From NCBI RefSeq assembly GCF_001194135.2, contig NC_068987.1, forward strand, positions 49,038,637-49,102,636: DNA of 64,000 bases, read 5' to 3'. Position 1 is the stretch's first letter; each line of letters begins with the position of its first letter. Position numbers and translations under genes: made by a program. The notes beneath the pieces were generated by a model that had not been told where the DNA came from, searched no databases, and saw nothing but the letters and a program-made list of their open reading frames with translations. Origin of the DNA: Octopus bimaculoides (taxonomy: Eukaryota). Below are positions 1 through 11,935 of this stretch, piece by piece.

Positions 1-46
1 AATATTAGATTTATAAGCCCTAAAACTTCACTCCATAATTGACCAC

Positions 47-114
47 GGGCATATGGCGTAGTGGTTAAGAGCGCAGACTACTAATTCCGAGTTCGATTCC
101 AGGCAATGACCTGA
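47..114 (+). mobile_element. Short tRNA-derived SINE (or tRNA pseudogene head)
   Basis: A-box TGGCGTAGTGG and B-box GTTCGATTCC, followed by an A-rich tail. The anticodon arm is shortened, so it is not a full cloverleaf. Confidence 0.65.
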
Positions 115-160
115 AAAAAAACCCCAAAAAAAACAACAACGACAACATCATCATCATCGA

Positions 161-421
161 AATGTTGCTGTAATTTAGCCCCAGGAGACATCATCTCCAG
201 CTGGCTATACGACATGATCTGTGTCCTTATATTTTCGAACAAGGGAGTCTAGCACCCCCACTCAGCTCAAAACAATATCTGTGTATTGTGATTTCCAGTT
301 TATTTCCTTTCATCAGCACAGAATAACTGTGCTAGATTCCCTTGTTCGAAAATATAAGGACAGATTGTGTCATATAGCCAGCTGAAGACGATGTCTCCTG
401 AGGCTAAATTACAGCAACATT
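161..421. mobile_element. Foldback/MITE element with ~95-bp inverted arms
   Basis: 161-255 (AATGTTGCTGTAATTTAGCC...CTAGCAC) is the imperfect reverse complement of 329-421 (GTGCTAG...GGCTAAATTACAGCAACATT). Confidence 0.8.
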
Positions 422-469
422 CGTCCTAAACTAGGACTGCCATGTTATGTTGGCAAATAGTCTTTACTC

Positions 470-2285
470 CAAAGTACTGTTGCTGAATATCTCTTGTGAG
501 ATTTGCAAATAATAATTTTCTAATCTTAACTTATTGTTTTTCTTTTTTAGGTAGACTGTAAGTGCTGCCCAATTTGAGTGGCCCTCTTCTTGATTATTCC
601 TAGGCTTTCAAGTCTTTCAAGTTCCTTATTTACCTGTTCTAGTGCATTCTGTTTTGGCTTAAATACAGTTATTGCACTTTGTCTTACTACAATTTTTGCT
701 TTCGTTTCTTGCAGCAACCCAGTTCATCTGAGAAAACATCTGGAAATAAATGTTTTATTTTTTGTTTCAATCCCTCAGCCACATTTGAACTTTCAACTGA
801 ACCGACTATATTCACACTCAAAACACTTATGGGCATATTCCACAATTTGAGCAGTTCCATCCACTCTATGTTGAATAGATTAACTGAATTTTTTAACACA
901 TATACATTTGCCATTTTCATTTCGTCATGAAATGTCACATTACAGACAAATTCCCCTACAAAATACTATCTTTTACCCATAACACCATATGCTACTTTTG
1001 TAGATTTACTTAATTTTGGCTTACCGATATACTTCCAAGTTTCTTCATTCACAATGGTAGTATCACTTTCAGTGTCTAACTGCATTTTTACTCTTATATT
1101 TTTAATTTTCACATTTACGAATTTCCTTTTTGTCAAGTTACCATTCTCTTTTGACAACATCTTGTTTATTCCTTTTTCTTTGTTCCAACATTTTGTCATC
1201 TTGGTTTTACAGTGCACTTTTGTATGTCCAGTTTTTCCACAACAGAAGCATTCTACTTTCTTAAATGGGCAGTTTTTTCTTAGGTGTAGACCTTCACATG
1301 CAAAACATGAGTTTGTTTCCCGATTTTTGTCTTGTTTGTACTGTATTTTATCACACACTTGATTTCTATTCTGCCTGCTTCGCACTTGGGAGCAATCTTT
1401 ATGTTCAATTTTCTCTGTGTTGTGTCTTGAATTTACTATTCTTTCACACTCTTCTGACACTTGTTGTAAGGTTACAGCTTGGTTTTGTTCCAGCTTAGCG
1501 AGAATTCTTGTTCTTACCTCTGCATCTTTTTCTGCAGTTAGTCCCGGAGTAAATATAGGGCACTTGAACACATCTGGCACTAATTCGCCCAGTTTGAACT
1601 TTTCACATTTTCTGTTAACTCTGCCAGCATATATGATGTAGTCCTCCTCATTCTTTTCTAGGTTCAAACATTTCCAGTGTGTATTGAACAACAAACTTTT
1701 CTTGCTAAAAATCTTACACAATATGTCTATTGTATTTTTAAAGTTTTGTCAGAAGATTTTCTCGGAAGTCCGTCATTGTTGTAATGTTCATGTTCTCCTG
1801 CTGCCAATTTTCTTAGGATTAGATGTGTTTTCATATCGTTGTCACAATCTTTGCACTCTTTATTGAAGATCTGTTCACATCTTCTACAGTATGCCTCAAA
1901 GGTAACTCCTTCATCTGGTGCATACTTAAATTCCATTATTGAGTTTGCAACATAATCTGGCAAGAACATTTTTTCAGCATTTTTTGATGTCTTACTATTC
2001 ATTAATTGTAGCATTTGTTGCTGTAAGAATAATAATAATTGTTGTTGTTGTTGTTTTTGCAACTTGAGCAAACTGGTCAGCAATTTTCCAGAATTTTATG
2101 ATTTTGTGTACCGTAAAATTTGCACAAAAAATCTTTTGCAAGTTTCGTAACTCGCTGTGAGTTTGTTTAATCCTTGTGAATTTGTTAATTCCTCATGAGT
2201 TTGTTAATTCCTCATCACCACTGTTGTGATCCAATTGTTGGACTGTTATAATGTCCACTCTGGTATAGCAGTATAGTTAGTTCGA
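470..2285 (-). mobile_element. Decayed Ty3/Gypsy LTR retrotransposon (LTR end, PBS, gag, protease, start of RT)
   Basis: Minus ORFs 1727-2083 (gag, TFEAY) and 966-1721 carry two Zn knuckles (CFACEGLHLRKNC, CFCCGKTGHTKVHC) and a protease motif (LDTESD). 687-938 gives FPDVFSDELGCC, then ELERLESLGII...SNWAALTVYLKKKNNK (RT start). Frameshifted and 3'-truncated. Confidence 0.9.
2209..2220 (-). other. Primer-binding site of the Gypsy element
   Basis: The minus strand reads ...ACAACA-G-TGGTGATGAGGA: an LTR end in CA followed by a TGG-starting PBS upstream of gag. Confidence 0.65.
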
Positions 2286-3425
2286 CAAGGCATGACTATC
2301 TGTATCAACTTCTCAACTAACACTCTCCTTGACTTCCTACATCACAGTGTTTATAACGACTGGCACATACCACTTGTCATGTGGGAGGGGTGTTCCATTA
2401 TTACTATTATCCTCATAACACATACACATCACATGACCAAACTAGCACAGTCTTCTCTCTTGTACACAACATCTGATGCTTCTTATACCCAGTTTTTCTC
2501 TTAAATCTTTTACACTCTGCTGTGCATGCAACTTACATTACCTGTCCAGCAGAGCATGCTGGCTTCATTTCTTTCACGCGTTCACAAGTGCTCTGCTTTC
2601 AAAGCCCATGTTTCACTGCCATGTAACATAGCAGTATGTACATAGGCATCATATAACCTACCTTTCCCTCTGAAGGAGAGGTCCTTAGTTATCAACAAAG
2701 GCAGAAGCTCTCTGAACTTTACCCAGTCCATTATTATTCTGGCATCTACACTTTCAGAACTTCCTCCTCCACTGCTAACTTGGTCTCCTAGGTAAAAGAA
2801 ACTACCTACTACTTTTAATGATTCTCCAAGCATTTGAGGAAGTCTTTTGTCTTTGCATTCTTAGTGTTTATTGTACCTGCACATTTGCAACAAACAAAGA
2901 CTATTTTCTCCGTTAGCCTTCCTGTGATACTGTTACACCTCCTATGTACCCAAAGCTTGCACTGGGTACAACGCACAGAGTTTCTATCAACACCCTTCTT
3001 ACATAGCGAGCAGGGGCATTTCCCTGAAGGGACTTGTGATTTGTCTGTTTTCCTACTTACTAGGACTTTGGTTTTTACTAAATTAACTCTAAGGCCCTTA
3101 GATTCCAGGACTTGCATCTGCACATGAAATTTCTTCAGCTATAAGAACAAGCTCACCAAGGGCAGCCAGTCTTGAATTCCTCTGTTAAAGCCTGGAGGAT
3201 TAAAATAAACAAGAGGAGGCTGAGAACTGAACTTGGTGAACTCCAATACACTGAATTCATTGCCACACTTGTTGCCAACTTTCACCTTACTTGCGGCATC
3301 CCAGTACATGACTTGTACAACTCTTACTAACCACTCATTTATCCCTAGCTTCTGCACTGACCACAAGATAAGGGAGCAGAGGGACCCTGTTAAAGGCTTT
3401 CTTCATGTCAACAAAAGACAAGTAC
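2286..3425 (-). mobile_element. RTE-clade LINE ORF2 fragment (RT with PHD-like insert)
   Basis: LSFVDMKKAFNRVP, GLRVNLVKTKV, CSLC..CTQC..WVHRRC..CCKC, FFYLGDQVSSGGG, MLHGSETW. Multiple frameshifts. Confidence 0.9.
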
Positions 3426-3495
3426 AGAGTATAAGTGTGTGCATACACATGTAGGAGGATTTGCATACATATTCCCATGCATATGTGAATATGTA

Positions 3496-4760
3496 CAGGG
3501 GTTGGACAAAATAATGGAAACACCTAGCATCATAGCATCATAATTTTGAAATATCTATAAAACCATCAAAAGCCTGTTTATTTTATGTTTTTTGATTTAT
3601 ATGCGTAATATGTTTAGCTAAAATTGCTGTTTCTTTTCAGATCTCATAAGAAAAAGGTTATTAAAATTCATTAAAATGACAGATCTATCGGACTTTCAAA
3701 GAGGTCAAATTGTTGGTGCTTGTATGGCAGGTACTAGCATAATGAAAACAGCTAAAATGTTTGATGTAACAAGAAGTACTGTCTCAAAAGTAATGACAAC
3801 CTTTGAGAAAGAGGGAAAAACCTCCTTGTCGAAACAAAACTCCGGAAGAAAACCAAAACTTTCAGAGAGTTGGACTCTTATGCTAATTGTTAGAAAGGAT
3901 CACAAAAGTACAGCTCCCAAAATTACTGCAGAGCTTAATGACCACCTCGAGAACCCAGTTTTCACAAAAACCGTTCACTGGGAGTTGCACAAAGCTGGAT
4001 TTCAAAAGAGGGCTGCAATCAAAAACCACAACTTTCAAAAACAAATGTTGCAAAGTGATTAGAGTGGAGTAAAAACCTACGGAATTGGTCCCTAGAGCAG
4101 TGGAAGAATGTTATTTGCTTGGACAAGTCATACTTTACCTTATTTCCGACCACCGGCCGAGTATACATGTGGAGACAGCCAAAAGAAGCATTTGATTCAG
4201 ATTGCCTTTTTCCAACTGTTAAACATGGAGGAGGATCTGTGATGATCTGGGAAGCGGGGTGCTATATCTTGGTAATCCGCCAGCCCAATGGTTTCCCCTT
4301 CATGGCAGAATTAATAGTCAAGACTATTTAAGCATTTTATCTCATCAAATTCATCTTATGCTTGCAGAACTGTTTCCAAAGGGAAATGCAATCTTTCAGG
4401 ATGATAATGCACCAATTCACACAGCTAAAGATGTTACTGAATGGCACGAGGAACATTCTAGTGAAGTTGAACATCTTATTTGGTCACCACAGTCCCCAGA
4501 TCTCAATATTATTGAACATTTATGGAGCATTTTAGAAAAACAAGTAAGGAGTTGATATCCTACACTATCATCATTACAAGAACTGGAGATTGTTTTAGCT
4601 GAAGAATGGACAAAAATTCCTTTGGAAACAATTCAAACTTTATATGAGTCCATACCTTGTAGAATTCACGCTGTAATTACTGACAAAGGCAGTTCTACCC
4701 CATGTTAAGATAAATTTGTTTGAAATTTTAAGGTGTTTCCATTATTTTCTCCAACCCCTG
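3496..4760 (+). mobile_element. Full-length but inactivated Tc1-type DNA transposon, DD36E spacing
   Basis: 30-bp TIRs (CAGGGGTTGGACAAAATAATGGAAACACCT / AGGTGTTTCCATTATTTTCTCCAACCCCTG) flanked by TA. Transposase from 3676 (LSDFQRGQIVG HTH, KHGGGSVMIW, FQDDNAPIH...SPDLNIIEHLW) has stops and frameshifts. Confidence 0.95.
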
Positions 4761-5078
4761 TATATATGTATGTATGTATGTTGATACTATATGTGTGTAT
4801 TTGTATGTGTGCATCTGTAATATCTATATGTGTGTGTGTGTATATACATACACATATACATACATACAGGCATACGGATTCAAATTCATGCATCTAATAT
4901 CTACATACAAATATACATATTCACACATGCATGGGAATATGTGCAAATACTTCCACATGTGTATACACACGCTTATATACTTATCTTTTGATACACATAG
5001 ATAGATTACAAGTGCCCTCTCTTTTTCCCTCTCTCTTTTTCTTTCTTTTCCTCTGTCACTCTCTCTCTCTTTCTCCCT

Positions 5079-5119
<41 letters not shown>

Positions 5120-5178
5120 TGTGTGCTTGCACTCACATATCCACATGCGTACACACATTCACATACAGATACATGAAT

Positions 5179-5211
<33 letters not shown>

Positions 5212-5359
5212 CATGCATGCATGCATTTGGAATATATATATACATGCAATCATATTAACAAATGTACACTCATGAATGAAATGATTAACTGTATCTTTAT
5301 ACATACATACATACATACATACATACACACATACATACATACATGCATGCATACATGTG

Positions 5360-5510
5360 ATGGGTTTCTTTCAGTTTCTGCATACCGAATACAAGTCTTT
5401 GGTTGGCTTAGGGCTGTAGTAGAAGACACTTGGTCAAGGTTCCATACGGTGGGACTGAACCCGGAACCATATGGTTGTGAGGCAAACTTCTTACTACACA
5501 ACCATACCTG
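5360..5510 (-). mobile_element. tRNA-derived SINE, family A head
   Basis: Minus strand CAGGTATGGTTGTGTAGTAAGAAG...GGTTCAGTCCCAC...CAAGTGTCTTCTACTA matches copies at 28641, 31465, 33431 and 57069. Confidence 0.8.
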
Positions 5511-5550
5511 AAGTAAAACCTGTTTAAATGCTGCGTGACCTAAGTCACAC

Positions 5551-5581
<31 letters not shown>

Positions 5582-5934
5582 TCATTCGTATGAGTTCATA
5601 TTCATGAGTTTTTATTCGGATTCACCATTCTGTCATGCATTCCTTTTAATTACAGATGTTTGTTGAACCTGGAATGTGGAATATTGTCATAATATTTGTT
5701 ATCTTTTCATATCTATTTACTAAATAGTTGGGTAAGTTTGAGGCTGTCCAATGTCAGGAGACCAACTATAGTGATCTTGCCCTTATATATATATATATAT
5801 ATATATATTACCATATATGGTCATGCTAATTCATTCATTATAACAACTCTGCCATATCCAGTTACCACTAATAAGTAAAAAATGTATATCTTTATTTGTT
5901 GTAGTTTTATTTTTATTATTTCAGTTCAAATTTT

Positions 5935-6155
5935 ATGAGAAACGTGAGAGAGGGAGAGGAGACAAGAAGGGAGAGAGAGGAGATGGAAGGGAGAGGGGGA
6001 AGAGAGAGAGAGAAAGGAAGGAAGAGAGAGAAGGAAGAAAGATTAGAAGGAAGTGGGAGAGGAGGAGGAAAAAAGAGAAGAGAGAGGAGGAGTGGAGGAG
6101 AGAGAAGTGTAGAGAGAGGAAGGTGGGAGAGAGAAAAGAAGAAAAAGAGAGAGAC
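5935..6155. repeat. Purine-rich (GA/GGA) low-complexity tract
   Basis: Nearly pure A/G on the plus strand. Confidence 0.9.
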
Positions 6156-6547
6156 TGAAAGCAAACAAGTTGTAATGTTTTGTTGGAACGTTTTTTAAAA
6201 GTGTAAACTTCAAATATGTGTGTGTATATGCGTGTATGTATGTATATACACACACATACACACACGCATGCACTCACACATACGTGTGCACTCACGCAAA
6301 TGTGTGCACTCACACACACACAAGTACATAGCTTGTTTTATAAACAGAATATTGTTTCAATGAAATATATACTTATACATACATGAATGTATGTGTGTGC
6401 ATTTGTGTGTTTATGCGTTTGTGTATATGTATATATATATATGTATAAATATATATATGTAATGTATGCATTTCTCTCTCTTTCTCTTTCCTTCTCTCCC
6501 TATATATACATACATATATACATACATACATACATATATATATATAC

Positions 6548-6599
<52 letters not shown>

Positions 6600-6603
<4 letters not shown>

Positions 6604-6745
6604 TCATCATCATCGTCGTCGTCGTTTAACGTCCGCTTTCCATGCTAGCATGGGTTGGACGATTTGATAGAGGACTGGTGGACCAGGAGGTGACACCAGG
6701 CTCCAATCTGATTTGTCAGAGTTTCTACAGCTGGATGCCTTTCCT
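6600..6745 (-). mobile_element. RTE LINE 3' terminus with (GAT)n tail
   Basis: CATCGTTTAACGTCCGCTTTCCATGCTAGCATGGGTTGGACG...CAGCTGGATGCC is shared with copies at 11940, 20150, 21790, 34985, 46715, 57300 and 62590. Confidence 0.85.
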
Positions 6746-6749
6746 ATCT

Positions 6750-7560
6750 TGAGTGGATTGAAGAAAAAATAGTATCAGCAACTAGAGATGTGCAATAATT
6801 ATAACTACTGAAGCAGCTGGAAGAACAACAGAACAAGCAGATAGAAAGAAAGGGAATAACCTGGCCAATTCATGCAACAAACTGAGGATGTTGGAAGTAA
6901 AGAATGGTGGTTATGGCTGCTGGATAGGGAAATGAGAGACCAAAGTACTAATTATATAGCTGCTGAAAAACAAGAATCAGTTAAAGCCAAAGATTGACAA
7001 AACTTAGTCAGATAGCAAATGTAGAATCTTCAGGAAAGAAGATGACAGCATGATTGAGTGATTGCAATAAGTGAGTTCATGACTGTGTAGATGAAAGAGT
7101 GCATTGGGATTTTAGCCAAATATGTGGCTTCAAAGCAACAGGAAAGTGGTATGAACACAAAGCAGAGGCTGTGATAGAAAATGAGAATTACAGGATCTTA
7201 TGGGACTTCTCCATAAAGACTGACCATACAACTGAAGTAAGACAACGTGATATCATTATAGAGGACAAAACAAACAAACAGTGCAAGGTCCTAGACTACA
7301 ATTCCCAATGATAATTGAGTAGATACCAAAGAAATTTTTAAAATTGAGAAATATCAGGATCTAGCCCCAAAGTTGAAGAAACTGTAGAAGAATAAGACAA
7401 CAATTATTCCAATGGTAATTGGTGCACTTAGCACAACCCCCAAAATGCTGCCTAAAAGATTGAAAGATATTGGAATTGAAACTCACATTATCAACATGCA
7501 GAAAGTACCATCTTATATTCTGCTAGAATCTGAAGAAAGATTCTTAAGATTTGAGGAGAC
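6750..7560 (+). mobile_element. R4/Dong-clade non-LTR retrotransposon C-terminal remnant (restriction-like endonuclease)
   Basis: KWYEHKAEAVIENENYRILWDFSIKTDH...RDIIIEDK...KIEKYQDLA...IIPMVIGALS; many stops. Confidence 0.85.
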
Positions 7561-7659
7561 TTGTCACCAAACCTCAAGATAACATTGTTGCTAATTAAGA
7601 TTAGCATGTATTAGCTTGATGATCGTGATGCTGATGGAGATGATGATAATGATAATGCT

Positions 7660-8090
7660 TGGTCCTGGGCAGCGATAATTAAGCTTTTAGTTTTCTTTTT
7701 AGGCTTTTGACCGTCTTCCTTTAGGCTTTTTGGCATTCTGCAGAGATTTGTTGCACTTGTGTAGTATATATCCCTCTTCATAGGGTTGGTATTCAATACC
7801 TGGTCCTGGGCAGTGATGATTAGGCTTTCAGTATTCTTTTTAAGGTCACTTTTGCTGAGTCACATCCGTGATACTTCCTGGTCTTTTATGTTGTTACTCT
7901 CACAATGGAACTGACCATATAATTCCATGTGGAGTTGTGTTTCTTCTCTCACATTGGCCATTCATGATCAGAATTCACTGTAGCAGGTCTTGTTTACCAA
8001 ATACTCTGTCATGTTGCTTCTTTCAATGTTGATGCACTCCCATATGCTAGGTGGACATGGTCTGGTTAGTGTACAGGAGTGTCTTGAGAA
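7660..8090 (-). mobile_element. R4/Dong-like fragment (post-RT region)
   Basis: Minus strand LYGQF...KSDLKKNTESLIITAQDQVLNTN, plus a second SLIIAAQDQAL copy. Confidence 0.7.
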
Positions 8091-8129
8091 TAAAAGAAGA
8101 AATATGATGGGAGGTGGTTAGTTGGTTAC

Positions 8130-8370
8130 ACCAAATTCAGTTCTTGGCTGGTACTTATTTTATTGACCCCAAAAGGATGAAAGGCAAAATTGACTGCAGT
8201 GGTATTTGAACTCAAATCAATTGTTACTTTATCAACTTTGAAGTTGATAAATAAAGTAACAGTTGATAAAAGGTAAAGTCGACTCAGGTGTGATTTGAAC
8301 TCATTCAGAGTACAGAGGTCCCAGCTGAATAGCATAATTCATTTTATCTGATGCTCTGATGACTCTAGGA
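8130..8370 (-). mobile_element. Rearranged SINE family B fragments
   Basis: TACTTATTTTATTGACCCCAAAAGGATGAAAGGCAAA...TTTGAACTCA is the reverse complement of the family B core; the core is partly duplicated. Confidence 0.65.
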
Positions 8371-8799
8371 AATTTAACACACACACACACGCATGCATGC
8401 ACACACACACACACATATTAAGGCAGAAAAAGAGAAAAAGTAGGTGTAGAAAAGACTGACAGACAGCTCAATATTAGAGAGATAGAGAGGTATGATTATA
8501 GGTGTATGTGCGTGTGTATATGTATATATATATATAAATACTAAAGGAAACAGAAATACAATTGACATATTAAAAATTTATTAACATTATACTATAAAAA
8601 AATATAATATAATATGATATAATATAATATAACAAATAATTAAAACAAATATATATCCTACAATTTGTTTCGATTAATATCCACTAGTGAATTTATAAAA
8701 ATTCACTTTCATGCATATGAGTCCCATCAGGGTAATATTTGTCTAAAAAATAGACAAAAAAATTTATGCAAGGACTGTTAAATCATAAGATTTTATGAC

Positions 8800-9196
8800 T
8801 TAGCAGCCCTTGCATGATAATCAACATAACATGTCCCAGTGACAACAGAATCAAAGAGAAAGAAGAAGAAAAACTGAACAACTATGATGACTTAAAGTGG
8901 GAAATATGAAGGTTGTGGTCAATGAGGAGAGTAGATGTAATACCAATAATAATTGGCGCACTTGGAAATATCAGCGCTCAGCTACCAACATGGCTCAAAA
9001 AGATTAGTACAAATGTAAAGATAGAGCATCTCCTCCAAAAATCAGCATTGCTTGGAAGTGCAAGAATTCCTTGCAGGGTGCTTGAAGCATGATTAGTAAA
9101 CAAGTATCACCTTAGTTTGCTGGCTGTGGACAGCTGACACTTTCCATCATACCCAGCATAATAAGCTGAGAGTTTTCATCAAATAATAATGATAAT
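8800..9196 (+). mobile_element. R4/Dong-clade 3' end with (TAA)-like tail
   Basis: MIINITCPSDNRIKEKEEEKLNNYDDLKWE...RLWS...IPIIIGALG...QKSALLGSARI, then a UTR ending in TAATAATGATAAT. Confidence 0.85.
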
Positions 9197-11089
9197 TACA
9201 CACACACACACACGCGCGCGCGCGCGCGCGCTCGCGCTCTTGAGTTCTGTCAGTCTCCATCTACTAAATCTCTTCAAATAAGTAACCCATTTTTCCTTAC
9301 CAATGTAAGAAATCACTACTAAATTCTGTTGGAGTTTCCTGATGCTTTTACATCAGGAAAACATTAAGAAACCTCTATAAATCATATCATATTTTGATGT
9401 GTTTGCTTTTTAGAAAAAATGTCTCTACCACTTCTTAATTCTCTGTGATCTGACGCAATTGATATTAATGAATACTCCAATTCCTCTATGAATGACATAA
9501 CACTGTTTTCTCTCTTTAACTGATTTTTTTTTTAATGTTTTTTTAAATCATTTTTGTCTGTTTTAGAGAGCCTCATAGCAGTCAAGTTCTTGAGTTATGT
9601 CATTTGGTGTCTTCTGCCACTTCACTCTCCTGCTTCAGTTTGTTTGTCTCTGTGCCTTGATCTGTCTCTTTGTCTTGCCCTAGTTTCTATTATGTTCCTT
9701 ACTCTCTTTCTCTCTCTTATAAGGGAATGTGTGTGCATGTGTTTTGTATGTATGTATGTATGTATGTGCATGTGTATATGTGTATATGTGCATTATTTAT
9801 GCGTATATGTATGTATCATAATCATCATTTAATCTCCATGTTCCATACTGGCACAGGTAGTGGAGTTTGACAGGATTTGATGGGCCTGAGGACTACATCA
9901 TGCTGCAGTGTCTGTTTGGGATGGGTTTTTTATGACTGGATGCCCTTCCTAATGCCACCCAAATTACAACATGTACTAGGTACTTTTTTCATGCTACCAT
10001 CACTAGTGAAATCACTATGAAACTTGCAAGACTACAAACCTCAAGTGGGGAGGGGGAAGTTTATGCCAACAGAATTAGGAGTAGAGATGGATAAAGTATG
10101 AAAGATAAGGACTGGAATAGAATAGATTTCTTATAGAGAAGGTACATGACTGCTCACAGTTTAGAAGAGAGGGTGGTGGAGTAAAACTAGAAAGTGATAT
10201 AAGTGGTGGTGAGGTGACAGAGTGGACCTTCAAGATACAAGGTGGGTTGGAATGAGTAGGTAAGAGGTTCCAGAAGTGAGTAAGAAGAATAGGGGATGTC
10301 TGATAGTGAGTAAGAGGAGTAGGAGATGTCTGATAGTAGGAGATGTTCAAAAGTATTGTTAAATTTAGTAGTGTTAGCAGTGTCAGTAACATAAGTTATA
10401 AACAAGTCGACATGGTAGGCAAACACAAATAGAAAAAAAATAAGACAAGTAAAATAACAAGAAAAATTGAGGTCTCTAGAGTGAATGGTAAACAGATGAG
10501 TTATGAGGAAAACAAGAAAAAATATGTAAGGGGATCTCCATCAGTCCAGGTAGATTGTACATCATACATGTCTGCAGATATGTACAAGATTGGGCAAAAT
10601 TTTTCTTTTAGAAAGACAGATAGTTGTCTATGCATGATGTAAGTCTCTCTTCTTCATGAGACCAAGCTTATCTAAGAGAAAGATTGCTTGTGTTGGATGC
10701 TCCAGCTTGGCATCAGTTTTCTTGCAGATTTTGCTATCAGAACAGAAAGAGCCAGAATAGATATTGCAAGGCATCTTGCCCTATTCTCTAATGGTTCTGC
10801 CAATCTACTATAAATCCCATGAGGATAAAAGGCAAACTTGATCTGGGTGGGATTTGAACTCAGAATCATGAGAATCAGAATAAATAGTGTGATACATTCT
10901 GGCCAATGCTCTGACAACTCTGTTTATTTACTCCCTTGATGATGATAACTATGACAATGATGTCATAGTCGTACTGTTGCCAATGCCTATATTACCTATG
11001 CCAACATCTATGCTGACACTGACAGCTATGTCACTGCCAACGTTGATAAATTGATGATGATTTATGATAAGATACAGATCCATTTTCGG

Positions 11090-11398
11090 ATCTGAAATTA
11101 TCCCTTTGAGGTACAAGTATCCCTCTGAGGTACAAGTCCAGGCAATGCTGTTTGTGGAAGACCAGCAGTCACCAATGCATACAAGTCTCCCTTCACCGAT
11201 GTTGTCCAAGGAAGAGACAAAGGCTGAGACAGCTTGGCATCAGTGACATCGCAACTCATTTCTACAACTGAGAGAACTGGATCAATGTGAAATAAAGTGT
11301 CTTTCTTGTTCAAAAACACAACACACAGCCTGGTCCAGGAAACTCACAAACTCACGATTGTAAGCCCAATGCTCTAACCATTGAGCCATGTGCGTTCA
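11090..11398 (-). mobile_element. tRNA-derived SINE (family E)
   Basis: Minus head TGGCTCAATGGTTAGAGC; body AAGACACTTTATTTCACATTG is shared with the SINE at 61398-61722. Confidence 0.7.
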
Positions 11399-11935
11399 CT
11401 TATAATAACAAAATTTATCTTTGTAAGAAACAAACCCAATTTTAGTGAGTAGAAGAGATATAATCAGTTGGATCAGTACTAAATGTTTTCAATCAGTTAA
11501 TAAATCAATATTTTACTTATTATGTTAAAGATGAATAATATGAATTGATTTTAAGTGCTTCATGTTTTATTAAAATTTCCATTAATGAGGGAGTTTCTCA
11601 CCTTGACTTCAATAGAAACTTGAATGATTAAATGCAAGATGTCAAGTTCATTTCCCTCTCAAGACCATGAGGATACAAGAAAGGGAAGATTGTTTTTCTA
11701 TTCATTGAAATTGCACAGCAGATTTGATTGGTCCAAAGCTCATTGCGTTCCTAATGATTTTGCCATTATTTATGCATATCCACTTAAAATATGCATGTCT
11801 ATATATTGACTTGTCTACACATGCAGTCTGCATACCTGTCCAACTAAATACAAATAGCTGCACATGTTTACACATGACTTATAGAGAAAGATTGCATAAA
11901 TGCAAACATGTATACATATATATATATGCAAATAT

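Noticed and set aside
47-114. Functional tRNA gene
   Set aside because: The anticodon arm is truncated, the acceptor stem does not pair, and an A-rich tail follows, which is SINE-like.
296-330. CTGATGA on the minus strand inside the foldback spacer
   Set aside because: No pairing stem II and no GAAAC..GTH arrangement.
530-560. Apparent splice acceptor TTTTTCTTTTTTAG|GTAGAC
   Set aside because: It is the antisense of the Gypsy RT motif VYLKKKNNK.
5656-5731. Strong acceptor and donor pair (TTACAG ... TGG|GTAAGT)
   Set aside because: All three frames contain stops. A UTR exon cannot be excluded, but nothing supports it.
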